NCBI GenBank assembly: GCA_951406725.2
Contig: OX597815.1
Location: 111,228,001-111,292,000 of the forward strand
From: Octopus vulgaris
Taxonomy: Eukaryota
Reading direction: 5' to 3'
Length of the DNA stretch: 64,000 nt
Below the pieces are notes generated by a model. The model had not been told where the DNA came from, did not search any database, and saw only the letters and a program-made list of their open reading frames with translations. Position numbers and translations under genes: made by a program. This document shows positions 1-13,469 of the stretch, in pieces (position 1 is the first letter of the stretch; each line of letters starts with the position of its first letter).

Positions 1-463
1 AGTTGTAGATATTTAAGAAAGTAGACGTAAGTATCTTTACGAGGATTTGTGTTGCATTTGTAACTCTATTGACATTGCTTTTTTCAACAAGTCACACACA
101 TGGGCATATGCACATTCATGCATGCACATATACCTATGCACCTAAATACAGCTCCTCTCATGCACATACATGATGGTAGTCTCTCGTACTTTGAGAAAGA
201 CGGTTCTGTAATTTCTAGCTGAACATTCTGCACAAATTATTTGTTTGTAGTTATGGAATGTATGTGCAGTGTATTAGCACACTCCCTCTTTCAAGTCGAC
301 TTTACCTGAATAGGTGCACCATACGTCAGTTATCTAAATGACTACAGAACAGCCTAAGTTGAAATGTTTTGCTCAAGAACATACCACACCACCTTGTCTG
401 GGAATTAAAATACGATCTCGTGGTCTTCAGGGCGACACCCTAACCAGTAGAATAAGCGCTTTC

Positions 464-524
<61 letters not shown>

Positions 525-581
525 ACACCCACACACACAAACACACACACACAAACACAAACATGCATATATATATATATT

Positions 582-810
582 ATTCTTTTATTCGTTTCAG
601 CCTGCGGCTACGGTCATGCTGGAGCACCATCGTGTTTTTTTCTGATATCCTCAGTCTGGGGTGTTTCACATCACCATTCCTGTATGTGTTCTTCTCCCAT
701 TTATTAGCCCATCTAGTGTATAAGGGAGTTTGATTCTGCTGTCCCCGTCTGCACCTCGGGCTGTTGTTTCATCCTGTATCGTGGAGAGAAGGATGCCTAG
801 TTCTTTTTTA
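582..810 (-). mobile_element. 3' end fragment of a LINE-like retroelement sharing its tail with the CORE-type SINE
   Basis: The minus strand ends GGTGCTCCAGCATGACCGTAGCCGCAGGCTGAAACGAATAAAAGAATA. This matches the SINE tail GGTGCTCCAGCATGGCCGCAG...TGAAACAAGTAAAAGAGTA but is preceded by about 180 bp of non-SINE sequence. Confidence 0.45.
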
Positions 811-822
811 AAGACATCTACT

Positions 823-1037
823 TACTCTTTTACTCTCTTTTACGTGTTTCAGTCATTTGACTGCGGCCATGCTGGAGCACCGCCTTTAGTCGAGCAAATC
901 GACCCCGGGACTTATTCTTTGTAAGCCCAGTACTTATTCTATCGGTCTCTTTTGCCGAACCGCTAATTGACGGGGACGTAAACACACCAGCATCGGTTGT
1001 CAAGCAATGCTAAGGGGACAAACACAGATACACAAAC

Positions 1038-1091
<54 letters not shown>

Positions 1092-1273
1092 ATATATATA
1101 TATATATATACGACAGGCTTCTTTCAGTTTCCGTCTGCCAAATTCACTCACAAGGCATTGGTCGGCCCGGGGCTAAAGCAGAAGACACTTGCCCAAGATG
1201 CCACGCAGTGGGACTGAACCCGGAATCATGTGATTGGTTAGCACGCTACTTACCACACAGCCACTCCTGCGCC
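823..1273 (-). mobile_element. Full-length tRNA-derived SINE (family 1, CORE-like) with internal (TG)n/(TA)n
   Basis: Minus-strand head GGCGCAGGAGTGGCTGTGTGGTAAG...CCGGGTTCAGTCCC has pol III A/B boxes, followed by CORE-like TCTTGGGCAAGTGTCTT and an AAAAGAGTA-type tail. Closely similar copies lie at 8772 and 20119. Confidence 0.9.
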
Positions 1274-1689
1274 TTATGCAGATTTCTTTATTTTTGTGGC
1301 AGTGCATTGAAGCTGTGGGCCTTTGAACCCTACACTATTGCAGTGCCTGGTCTTGAATTTAGATGGAATGGGTGGTACCTTTGGTATAATACAATAGTGC
1401 TGGCATTGGTATAACACACAACGACAAAATTAGGTACTGGCCTGTCTAGAGTTTTCCATTTGTAGGTTATTGCATTGCCCCCATGCCCATACTCCATGAA
1501 GAAGGTGTAGTTTTCTCAGCCTATCCCGGTAGCTCATTCGCTGCACTGGTTCAGTTTTCTTAGCTGTGTATTTTGTGTGTGTGTGTGTAAATGAGGGGTT
1601 GTGTATGGAGTTATATGTGCGTTTTTGCGCGTGTATGCGCGTGCCTGTGTGCGTGTATGCGCGTGCCTGTGTGCGTGTATATGTGTATA

Positions 1690-1836
1690 TACGACAGACT
1701 TTCAATTTCCGTCTACCAAATCCACTCACAAGCTTTTGGTCGGCCCGAGGCTAAGATAGAAGACTCTTGCCCAATGTGCAACGCAGTGGGATTGAACCCA
1801 GAATCACGTGGTTGTTGAGCAAGTCACTCCTGCGCC
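1690..1836 (-). mobile_element. SINE family 1, 5' part
   Basis: Aligns by eye to 1110-1273 (acgacagactttcaatttccgtctaccaaatccactcacaag...cactcctgcgcc). Confidence 0.85.
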
Positions 1837-1837
1837 T

Positions 1838-1874
<37 letters not shown>

Positions 1875-1945
1875 CACTTGGGCATGGATACGTGGTGTTC
1901 AATTAAATGATAATATAAATAATATATATATATATATATATATAT

Positions 1946-1976
<31 letters not shown>

Positions 1977-2259
1977 GGGAATAAATCCAAACTTACAGGG
2001 AAAAATTAGATTTAGGATTATTTTATTTAGGATTAATTTTATAGTATAAATATATATTATATTAAATTAGAGATAAAACAGTGAAAATCATAAGCCAATA
2101 CGTAGAAATAAAATTGCATAATAGTGGTTTTATCTCTAATTTAATATAATATAATATATATATATATATACACATACACACATATATATACGCAGACATG
2201 TACATCCATACATAGATATATATACACCACACACACACTCTCACACACACATACACACG

Positions 2260-2298
<39 letters not shown>

Positions 2299-2317
2299 CA
2301 TATATATATATATGCAT

Positions 2318-2540
2318 AAATTTAGATTCAACTGAATATGGTACTTAAGTTGAGGCAGCAGAATTAAGTACGGTATTATCCATACAATTTCAAAATAAGG
2401 TGATCAAAATCAAAATAAGCAACAATGATATCCAGAGGTAATGCAGTACGGTCGTTTCAAGCAACTATATTTAATTGAACAATGCAATCATTACATCAAT
2501 TTAAATGCAATTTAAATCATCAGTTGCATAAAGATATAGA
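2318..2540 (-). mobile_element. Penelope-like terminal repeat fragment with hammerhead core
   Basis: Minus strand reads atgcaa-CTGATGA-(AT-rich insert)-GAAAC-GACC-GTA-ctgcat at 2441-2529. It is homologous to 28172-28498 and adjoins (TA)n. Confidence 0.6.
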
Positions 2541-3030
2541 ATTTAATGAAATTAAATTAAAACAGATGGACACGTTAGTATAATTTTACCTAAAATCTCC
2601 AATAAAGTAAGGAGATAGAGAAAGAACATGGTGTCTTCACTTCAGCTTAGAAGCTACTAAGGTATCAGGAAGAAAGACTTGTTACAGATTTTGTTTCTCA
2701 CTGTTTTATGGGAACAAAAGCAGTACAGTGAAGACATACAAGGAAGCGAACGAAAACAAAAATGGAAGATCGTTAGACCAGGATGAGAGTAAAATAACGA
2801 ACGTTGGAGAAATTTTCTTTGTAAAGACAAATATAGAAGACAGAGATAGAAGACTCCAGTCCTTTTACGTCGTTGTGAAAAAGAAAGACGGTCACGTGAG
2901 GAAAAGAAAGGCAGATGATGGTCACGTGTGAGTAACGTGAAAGAGAGAGAGAAAGAGAAAAAGAGAAGAGGGAGAGAGAGGAAGATAGAAAATGGTTAAG
3001 AGGGGTAAAAGGAAATTAGGGTATAATACA

Positions 3031-3095
<65 letters not shown>

Positions 3096-3370
3096 TATTT
3101 ATATCATTATTTAAATGAACGTCACGCATCCATTTCCAAGTAAGTTTATCTAATCTTATTTGGTGCGACTCTACCCTTTATCGTTTTCTCCCCATAGGAT
3201 ATCTCTTATTATTCTAATTCATATTTTTTGTACCAATATATAAGCAATTACCCATAAAAATAAGTACCATTACCTATATTTTTATTTGTTTTCACGCTGA
3301 TATTATAATTAACTGATTCTTTATTTACGAATAACACATACACATGTATACCTATGAATATATATATATA

Positions 3371-3951
3371 GCATAATTAAATCTCAGAATGAGATTGAAA
3401 CAGTAATCGCTCGATAATGTAAAGTATAGAAGCCATCTTATCATGGCTAACCACATAGGGGAGGGGTGTTACTGTAGCTTTAAAGCCCCAACAGATCGTC
3501 GTCTCAAGCTTGCTTTAGACACCAATCAGTGCCTTTGAAGTATTTGCAAAGGGAGGCCATCCCTTCCTCGCAAGCCTGAGTGATACGCTCGGACTAGTTT
3601 CGAGCCATTACTGTTTCAATCTCATTCTGAGATTTAATTATGCTTACTGTTAGTTTTTCTAAATCAGTGGCAGACGCCACTAGAAAAACTCTTATATATT
3701 TTGCAAGGAGGCCTTCACTTTCATCGCAACCTGGTGGCTACCGCCCGTTGACAAGGGACAAAAATACCGAAACTAGTCCGAGCGTATCACTCAGGCTTGC
3801 GAGGAAGGGATGGCCTCCCTTTGCAAATACTTGAAAGACACTGATATGGTGTCTAAAGCCAGCTAGAGACGACGATCTCTTGGGGCTTTAAAGCTACAGT
3901 AACACCCCCTCCCCTATGTGGTTAGCCATGATAAGATGGCTTCTATACTTT

Positions 3952-3955
<4 letters not shown>
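3371..3955. mobile_element. Fold-back Penelope-like pLTR or retrozyme-like element
   Basis: 3418-3602 is the reverse complement of 3768-3953, and 3371-3414 is the reverse complement of 3600-3643. A hammerhead relic lies at 3742-3784, with (TA)n on both sides. Confidence 0.75.
3742..3784 (+). ncRNA. Minimal type I hammerhead ribozyme (degenerate copy)
   Basis: Sequence is cgcccg-tTGAcaA-gggacaaaaatacc-GAAAC-TA-GTC-cgagcg. Stem I pairs 5/6, the core differs from CTGACGA by two transitions, stem III is the palindrome ACTAGT, and the cleavage triplet is GUC. Confidence 0.65.
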
Positions 3956-4014
<59 letters not shown>

Positions 4015-5828
4015 TTGTGTGTGTGTGTACAATACTAATAATAACATCATAATAATTATACATATACTCCGACATTATCTAAACAATCGACTGAAAAATG
4101 ATGAGCTGACTCAGACTAGAATTGAACCCACTTATCAACGCTAACACGGCTTCACACACATCCGATTTAACCTAAACACCCACTCATAAATGTCAGTCAA
4201 ATTTTATGCATCGATACTTAACTCTCTAGTACTACATATAATATTTGTAAACAAACCCAGAGGCTTGATAAGTTATGGAGAAAGGGCCACTACGAATGTC
4301 TTTCTTTGTGTAATAATAACAATATAATAATATTTCATAATAGTAATATATATGTTACTCCGATTAATGCGACATTATCTGAACAATCGAATGAAAAATG
4401 ATGAGCTAACTCCGGGTGTGTTTATTTTTGTGTGTGTGTGTGTGTGTGTGCGCACTGCAGTCAAATGACTGAAACAAGTAAAAGAGTAAACGAATTTAAG
4501 AACACACGTCTACACACAGGAACTCACACACACACACACACACACGTATAAAAGGAGTTATTTCATTTTCCCATGTCCCCAGGTGCTTTTCGTTCTTTCC
4601 TTCTTTCCGATGAAATATCACACCTCAATTTAAAGGAATTTATCTACCGGGAATGGAAATATTACAATACTGTGATTGCCACTCTTCATGAAGCGAAGCT
4701 TCAGGCAACATCCTGTTACTCTTTCATGCACCTTGCCCTTCAACATTCCTGAGGTTTTCCCTTTTTTTCCTTCCTATCTTTCTTCCAAAACTCACACTTC
4801 TATACATACATATGTTTCTGTGTGATATAGAGTAAGAGAAAGAAAGTAAGTATGTGTATATTCGTATGTACGTGAATATTTGTATATGTGTGTGTGTGTG
4901 TGTTTGCGTGCCGGTGTGTGTGTTTTAGCTGAGAAAATATTTTGCTCGTATGCCAGTTTCAACGCTTGTTATCTCGGAACGAAGGACAGAGATTTCAGAA
5001 TAATTGGCTTCGTTGTTGCAACACGAATAATGGCTGCTTCTCTCATAATGTACGAAGACATAAGTACTATTTCTCTGTCCCTTATAGGAGTCAATAATTC
5101 TTTAATATTGTGTTTAGAAGTGAATGTTAACTTTTACCGCATGTTTCTTCACCAGAATAGTATAATTTATAATATAATTATTTTTCCACTGAAAAATACG
5201 TGGTAATGGTTTGGACAGTTTTGTCCAGACTGAAATAAGAATTACAAGAATTACCAGAAAAAATACACTTATCGCTTTCTCTCCGTTATCTTCCAGAGAG
5301 ACTTGGTATACACTTTGTGACTTTTTGATATCACTTGACTTGTAGTTTGCTTCCTCACCAGCGAATTAAAAATGTGTCGAGGAGTGTAGAATGGTCTGTC
5401 CGAATTCATGGAAATCATTGACAAAAAGTGAAAATAAAATTTGAGGATACATGTGTGTATTTCTGTGCCTGTGAGTGTATGCGTGTGTGTTTGCTGCATT
5501 ACAATCATATGTGGAAGTCATTACACATCCACGCGTGTATGCTGATTATCAGTAATCACTATTAAATGTTTTGCTTGTATTTTTCCCGTAGGAAAACAAG
5601 TTCCTACCTAGATTGAAATGACTGAATGCATATCCATCACTAAAAATGCAAATCGCACCGAAACAATATTTGGTACTCCACTGATGTTATTCGGAGCTTT
5701 GTGCAAATTTTACACAGCAAATCTACATGAAGATGTTTGTTCTCTCACACAAAACTCCGCGGCGAATGCTGTTCAGGTTATACTATGCATTAACATGTTC
5801 AAATAAATGTGCACTCTATTTTAAATAT

Positions 5829-6026
5829 GGAGTAATCCCTCGATTATCGCGTGTGTTACGTTCAAAAGTTTCCTACAAACAATACTGTATTGTAAATTTT
5901 CTTTAATGTTTTTATAATTTGTACATATTTATTTTATTATAAATGCAAAATAACACTACGGAATCGACGTAGGCTTAAATAATATATCCTGATAAGTGAA
6001 CTACGATATGGTGAGGGATAACTGTA
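5829..6026. mobile_element. pogo/Tigger-like MITE, copy 1
   Basis: TIRs agtaatccctcg / tgagggataactgta; direct homolog of the neighbouring copy at 6227. Confidence 0.65.
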
Positions 6027-6226
6027 TGTGTGTGTGTGTGTATGTGTGTATATGTATCTGTGTCTGGGTCTGTCTCTCTGTTTGTGTCTGTGTGTGTGTG
6101 CTTGAGTTACGTGTGTGTATATGTACTTGTGCACTTGCTTATGTGTCACAGACTTACCTGCAATATCATATACATGCATGATTTTAAATGTTTTGTAAGA
6201 TGAGTGATAGATGCTAATATTTGAAG

Positions 6227-6466
6227 TATAGTAATCCCTCGACTATCGCTGGTGTTACATTCCAAAACTCCCGCGATAAATGAAATTTCACGAAGTAGAA
6301 ACAATACTGTATTGTATATTTTCTTTTATGATTTTAGTAATTTGTATATACCTATTTTATTATAAATTCAAAAGGCCACCACGAAGCAATCGACGTAGGG
6401 TTAAATAATAAATCCTGATATGTGAACCGCGATAGGAGAACCGCGATATGGCGAGAGATTACAGTA
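6227..6466. mobile_element. pogo/Tigger-like MITE, copy 2
   Basis: TA-tagtaatccctcg ... cgagagattacag-TA termini (CAGTA-type TIR with TA target), non-coding, about 240 bp. Confidence 0.7.
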
Positions 6467-7635
6467 TAGTAATTCAGATAAATGTATTGTTTCAAAGAGA
6501 TGATATCTAACAAGAATTATTCACTAAAAGTTTCATATACAGTAGCTCTTACTGCTGATATTCTCTTGTGTGCAGAAGATAGACATATGCGCTCACTCAG
6601 GCAAAAGGCGATATACCTAAATGTATTACAATTGAGTTCTTAACAAGAAAATAACTTTTATTTAATTGATATTATAAATCTAATGAGAAGAAAAGTCATC
6701 AGCTTTTAAAACTTTATTGTCTTGAATGATTTCAAATAAATTTGATCACAACGAATCCGATAAAATAAATATCACAGTAGATTAACTTGATTGGTGTTTT
6801 GTTTTATCGATACCGAAAGAGGTTAATATAAAGTTTATCTCGGTGGAATTTTAAGTCCAGAACGCAAGAACTGAAACAAATTTCTCAAGGCATTTTCTCT
6901 TACACTATATTATTAAAATCCGCCTCATTCTAAAATCTATATTATAGTAGGGAATGTGGTTTATTAATTAGGTATTTAACAATTACTAAAAGTACTAAGA
7001 GAAAGTAATTATTAAAGGGTTGACCGTCTGGAAATATCTTTATAAATTTATGTTTTAAGAAATTTCCCATAATTTCGATTTCTCAAGTTTATTGACTTTA
7101 TTTAAACTCCAATATCTCGCAAATTTAAATATTCATTGCACCTAATTCATCACAAATTTAAATATTCCTTGCATTCACTGCAGAGTATTCCATTTTCATT
7201 TGCAAAGTCTTTCACTTTCTCTTTCAAGTTTTAATGTAAAAACATCGATTAAATGAAAAGTTTTAAAATTATCCGTATAGTTTTTGAAAGTTTGATAGCT
7301 GGGAGAAGAGCTTAAAAAGTTTACTATTGGAAGACGAGAAGAAATTACTAATTACTATTAGAAGACGAGGAGAAAAAAATAGCAAAAAGTTACCGACAAA
7401 AACTCGAAACTTGCACTTTATTTACATTTTCCAAACACAACTTCAGCAGTGAAACACACACACACACCAATACACACTCGCGCACATACATAGGTACACC
7501 TACATAAAAATGAAAGGCAATGAATGAGTGTGTGAGTGCGTGTGTGCGTGCGTGTGAGCGTGTGTATGCGTGTGTGTTTGAGTGTGTGTGTATGTGTGTG
7601 TATGTGTGTGCATGTGTGTGTGTATGTGTGTGTAT

Positions 7636-7672
<37 letters not shown>

Positions 7673-8516
7673 TCACTGACGATATTTCGTGCTTCATCAC
7701 TTTTGCGAAGATTTGTCAGTGAACAGGTCGCGGTTTCAAAGCGACGAAAATATTTTGACACAAATGAAGTTTTAATGTTGAAGTGAAACTTGAATGATAT
7801 ACAAACATCTTCAACACTGCAGTTATTTTCGTTTCAGCATACAATCTCAGATCAAGTCACTTGCTAAGCAAGTACATCTCCGTATTCTTTTAAAATCACT
7901 GTGGATGAATACCAGCAATGACGTTCTCAGGCTCTTCAATATTTTAATTTCTAAACAGAAGCAATTAGGGGCAGGTAGTGGAGTTACAAAAATATAGTTA
8001 CGAGGAAAAATATTGAAATATATTAATACATGCGAGCGTGATAAAAAAACGAGGTGGGTTGCCTTTGGATATGCTAGAAGCAACATCCAAATGACCCTTA
8101 AATCAATTTTCCTCTGAAAATACTAAAAAATGCTCTTTCTTTGGCCAAAATAGGTCCGGAGTGGGATGATAAGGGATAGGTATGTAAAAAGAAAGAGTTT
8201 TCAAAACATGCCCGCCCCACCAAACTCCATCATTTCGAAGGCAGTATAATTATTTCATTCTTTAGTTAGTTCTGAGGAAATATCTGCAAAAAATTATAAT
8301 AGAATATCCTGTATGTTGAAAGCCTATATTATGCATCTGAAGATGGCGGTGTATTTCACATTGACGTAATGCTAGTATTGTTTGATTAAATGTAGCCGCC
8401 TGCGATGTCCGTAAAGCACTAACACCGTGACATACTTGTTACTAATATGATTTCTGTATATGTAAACACCTTTTATCAATTCAATAATGAAAAAAGTGTG
8501 GAATGATATTCCCTCA

Positions 8517-8517
<1 letters not shown>

Positions 8518-8564
<47 letters not shown>

Positions 8565-8643
8565 CAGTAGAATATTTTTATATCGTGCTTTCACTTCACT
8601 ACCGGGCGCAGCTCTGTGTGTCTTGGGTATGTGCTGTGATATG

Positions 8644-8726
<83 letters not shown>

Positions 8727-8760
8727 TTATATTATTATTATTATTATTATTATTATAATA
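8518..8760. repeat. (ATT)n microsatellites flanking a short repeat fragment
   Basis: Two long ATT runs; they are the source of the poly-I and poly-Y ORFs. Confidence 0.9.
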
Positions 8761-8771
8761 TATATATATAT

Positions 8772-9123
8772 GAGTGGCTGTGTGGTAAGTAGCTTGCTTA
8801 CCAACCACATGGTTCCGGGTTCAGTCCCACTGCTTGGTATCTTGGGCAAGTGTCTTCTGCCGACCAATGCCTTGTGAGTGGATATGTCGTATATATGTAT
8901 GTGTGTGTATATGTTTGTGTGTCCGTGTTTGTCCCTCTAGCATTGCTTGACAACCGATGCTGGTGTGTTTACGTCCCCGTCACTTAGCGGTTCATCAAAA
9001 GAGACCGATAGAATAAGTACTGGGCTTACAAAGAATAAATCCCGGGGCTGATTTGCTCGACTAAAGGCGGTGCTCCAGCATGGCCGCAGTCAAATGACTG
9101 AAACAAGTAAAAGAGTAAAAGAG
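8772..9123 (+). mobile_element. SINE family 1 (internally shortened)
   Basis: gagtggctgtgtggtaagtagcttgc...ccgggttcagtccc...ggtgctccagcatggccgcagtcaaatgactgaaacaagtaaaagag. Confidence 0.9.
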
Positions 9124-9147
9124 AATATATATATGTATCTATATACA

Positions 9148-9868
9148 TACTACTAATATAGGATGAATTTTTTTTACAGAAAAAAATTTCATCAAAAATG
9201 TGGCAGCATATTAAAATACCTGAAACGGTTAAAATTATAAACAACTTATAAACAAGGGCAACAGAAAATTATTTCTATGCCAATATGCTGATAACAGACT
9301 TTTAAATCGTCAATTTCCACATATTATTATATACCCACTACAGAAATACGTTGTGCCGAAATCGAGGAAAGCTAGCCAACAGATTTTTTTTTAAAAAAGT
9401 TCGTTACTTCTATATTGAATTTCGGAATTAATCTCATAGAATTTTTCCTCTTCAGTAGAAAATAGGAATAGAAATAAATGAAATACTTACATGCCCCCAT
9501 GGAAAAAAAGCCGAAGCAAAAGTCATGAGTAAACATAAGCACCCCAAAGATATCTAAATATAAAATCCACTGGCTAGCCTCAGCACACGTGTGAATTGTT
9601 CTTTGTTCTTCACCACAGATTATAGTGGTTACCAAACCCTATAGCGAATAATAATAAATCTACTACTAATACAGGATGAAGGTTTTTTACAGAAAAAAAA
9701 ATCATCAAAAATATGGCAGCATATTAAAATACCTTTAAAAGTTAAAATTATAAACAACTTATAAACACGGGCAAAAGAAAATTATTTCTATGCCAATATG
9801 CTGATAACATACTTTTAAATCGTCAATGTCCACATATTATTATATACCCACTACAGAAATACGTTGTG
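9148..9868 (+). repeat. About 208 bp direct repeat pair (9148-9355, 9661-9868) around a 305 bp spacer
   Basis: Both copies run tactactaat...cccactacagaaatacgttgtg with only scattered substitutions. Confidence 0.9.
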
Positions 9869-11764
9869 ATTTCAGCATACTAAAATGGAGGTATATTAAA
9901 ATGATTTAGAAAAAAAAAAGAAGCATCTGTTCAATAATTTCTGAAGATATACAGTAGGTGTATTAAAATCATATATAACTCTAAAATAAGATTCTCATAA
10001 CTTATTCAATACAGTCAAAATAGTATGTAGAAGGCTTCTTGAAAACTCATTGGCTGAACTCATCATGGAGTTAAATATAGCAGCCTTACTGTGATTCAAA
10101 TTCAAATAACCTAAAGAAAAAAACGCCTTCTTGTTAACGAAACAGTGTGTCTTAACGGTATTTTATCCAGGTTCGGTATTGTTGCTGATGATGAATTGAA
10201 ATACCGTTAAGTAATATTAAAATATGAATACCTAAACTAACATTACAACGTAGAAAAATTATAATTTATTTACATTAAACAGATAATATAGATTCATTTG
10301 TGCCTTCGGCTTAGTGATGTGTCCACAAGTGTCCCAGATTTATAGATGACGGAGAGTTAGCAATGCAATGTATATAAACTAAATGCGAATCAGTTTTACG
10401 GTTAATAGGAGGTTACAAGCCACACATGATTACATGTAAGCTTTGCAAATATATGCTTACGTGAGTATGTGTAATATCCTGACCATCTATAACCAACATA
10501 AGAATATAAATAAGCTATGAGTCAGTATTTACCAATTTGGCTTATTTTAATATTCTATACACAAGATAATTCCTTTAGGGTATTGTTGGCTAATAAAACC
10601 GTCAGGCGAACTTATATTAACAATATGTTGATAAGGTTTCTTCCGCTTGACAAGTCCTGTCGAATTATTAATACGTCAATTTCAGCGCAAGTTTCTGAAT
10701 ATATGCATTTAAACACCTCCGTTTATGCTTGAGGTTTATATTCATGTGAATCTTCCAGTTATATCCATTCTACCATTTTGTCAAGTTTTCGAATATAGCC
10801 ATACAGTTATTGTTTGGTTAAAGTTATTTGAAAATAGCGGAGTTTAAATAATAAAAGGTCGAAAGGTTGTCTTTTTCCTTTTTTTAGTGTCTAGAAATAA
10901 TTACAAAACATTTCTAGAAAAAGACATACAAAATATGTTAGTTAATGGACACCTGAATATTTCCCCCATTTTAACACCACTAGCTGGCTCTTAACCACAT
11001 TTAGTAGAACAGAACATTTTGCTAAGATACGGGGGGAAATCCCCTACCCGGTGTACATTTCACCCTTCCTCCTATAAGTTTCAAATGCTGTGAGAGGAGA
11101 CACTACAACTTCTCTTCCTCTAATTACATATTGCAAATAAAAGAAAGAAAAGAATTAAATAAAATGAAAATTAAACATTCTGAAAACGATGCGCTTTAAA
11201 CACCGCTTAAATCTATTAGAGGCAACTTTATCGAGTAATTTTTGCGTTTATAATTTGCGTCGGCATATAGTTTCCAGAAAGGTTCACCGTTTAGAAATTG
11301 GCTATTTCAGTCATAATGCAAAATAATTAATTTTACTCCATAATTATGATTATTTACTTCCTATCTTATGTCAATAAGTTAATTTCTTTAGCGTGCGATA
11401 TATTAATTCTCTACCGAGATATCATATGACTAATTAATTTGCGAGCCTCACTTGTCCGTTTCTCTATATTATTGACAAATTTACAATTAATTAGAGTTGG
11501 TTAAATTTAACATCAAGTGGTACGACACACTTGTTCACACAACGTCGATTTGAAGGTAAGAGTGAGCTAAAGTTTTATGCAAATATTTGATCGTCTCCAG
11601 CAAGAAATTATAGAATCCATCTGTACGCCGAGTGTATTGTGTAAAAGCGACGCACCGTCATCATTTGGCAGACAAGGGAGACAATATTTTTTCCGCTAAG
11701 TATCTAAGGCGAAAGAGAATTTCTGGTGAATCCGTCTGGAAATTTTCAAGATAGGAACTTTCTT

Positions 11765-12015
11765 ATCTCGCCAAGCTCTCATAAGTTTCTTCAAATATCA
11801 TTTCAAGAAGAGTGTGAGTGCAGAAATGTATGTGCTGCCTTCTAGTGAGGCTATCGTAATGTAGATGAGTGTGGCAAGAATGGTGACGATGAAAGGATCT
11901 ACTCTGAGTGTGTTTTACGACGGAGGATAGAAACTGGAAGATGGTACTTTCCATGTCTTGGAGCTTGCAGAGTAATTGGTAAACTTTCGTTGGGAGTTCT
12001 CTCCGAATAACCTTC
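11765..12015 (+). pseudogene. Degraded mariner transposase N-terminus
   Basis: Translates SRQALISFFKYHFKKSVSAEMY...TTEDRN...LELAE*L, resembling the Mos1-type HTH region (R.VLIFCFHLKKTAAE...DVDDKE...ELQALL); contains stops and frameshifts. Confidence 0.4.
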
Positions 12016-12676
12016 GGTGGACAACGTTGGTTTCGAGGATTCAATCAATTAATTATATATTTATCTAAATTTTATTATTATTAGTTAGTCATCGAGCTGG
12101 TAGAAGCGTTAGTACGCTGAAGAAAGTACTCAGTGACATTGTTCCGTTGTGTTAACGATTCTGGCTAAGTTTAATAAGTTTAATAATGCTTACTTATTTA
12201 TTTCAGAAATATTTACACCAATTCTGTTGAGAAGTCAGATCCAAACTGTGAATCATAGCATTCCAATCTATGTTTGCCTAATGCTATCACTGTACTGATA
12301 ATAAAACCATGGGAGGTATTTAATATACCTCATACTGATAGGTCATATATGATCTCTAGAATTATATGCTGTTAGAAAACTAAACGTATGAATTAGTAAA
12401 ACTAGTATACAGAGAAAAATATTATTCATAAGCAAACTTAACTAATTGCATATCTCTCTCATTTCTTATATACATATATATGTGTGCGAATGTGTGCGCG
12501 TGCGTATGCATGTGTGAGCATACATACTTATGCAATAAAATTATAGCTATACAGAAAAAGATAGCATGTTTAGTATATATTTAATATAAACTATAAATGT
12601 TGAAATGCCATTCAGCTTCGAATAACCATACACAATCAGTTATGTGTAATAAGTTTTACACGATATATGTATAATT

Positions 12677-12743
<67 letters not shown>

Positions 12744-12748
<5 letters not shown>

Positions 12749-13036
12749 GCTTCCAAATAAGGAAGTGTAGTGCCAGAAACACAAAAAAGAAAAAAATCAT
12801 GAAAGGAATGAAAATTAAAAACATTTACCGTTCGGCCTGGGATATAGCTGAGATGGTAAATGTCTTTAATTTTCTTCCTTTCATGAATTTATCCCTTTTT
12901 GTGTTTCTAGCACTACGCTTCCTTATTTGGAAGCCTTTTATTATATTTCTGTATGAATAATATATAGTCTAATGACTAATTCGTCTTTTGTGCTAGGTCA
13001 CTGGTAATAATAATTTATTTTATTACCCTATTTGCT

Positions 13037-13045
<9 letters not shown>
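12744..13045. mobile_element. Fold-back PLE-like terminal fragment between (TA)n tracts
   Basis: aaaaggcttccaaataaggaag...catttacc is inverted as ggtaaatg...cttccttatttggaagcctttt (about 85 bp arms, short loop). The right arm shares agatggtaaatg and atatatagtcta motifs with 13620-13800 and 37240-37440. Confidence 0.6.
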
Positions 13046-13127
<82 letters not shown>

Positions 13128-13204
13128 GATATAATAATAATATTAGGGAGTAAATCCAAACTTACAGGGAAAAATTAGATTTAAGATTAAATCTAATTTT
13201 ACAG

Positions 13205-13250
<46 letters not shown>

Positions 13251-13469
13251 TATATTATATTATATTATATTATATTATATTATATATATATATATGTACA
13301 TATATACATTTATACATTCCTACATACACAGACACATCTGTATAACTCTTTCCGAAATCTTGACGAAGGAGGTCAGTCGATTCGAAAATTATTATAAATT
13401 TCTATTTCCCTTCGATAATGATTAAGTATTGTAAGTTTTGGATAATTTTTGAATTTTAAAAGTTGGCAT

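Noticed and set aside
4069-4412. About 45 bp direct repeat containing TGATGA (C/D snoRNA-like box)
   Set aside because: There is no convincing terminal stem or D-box arrangement in both copies; most likely a small local duplication.
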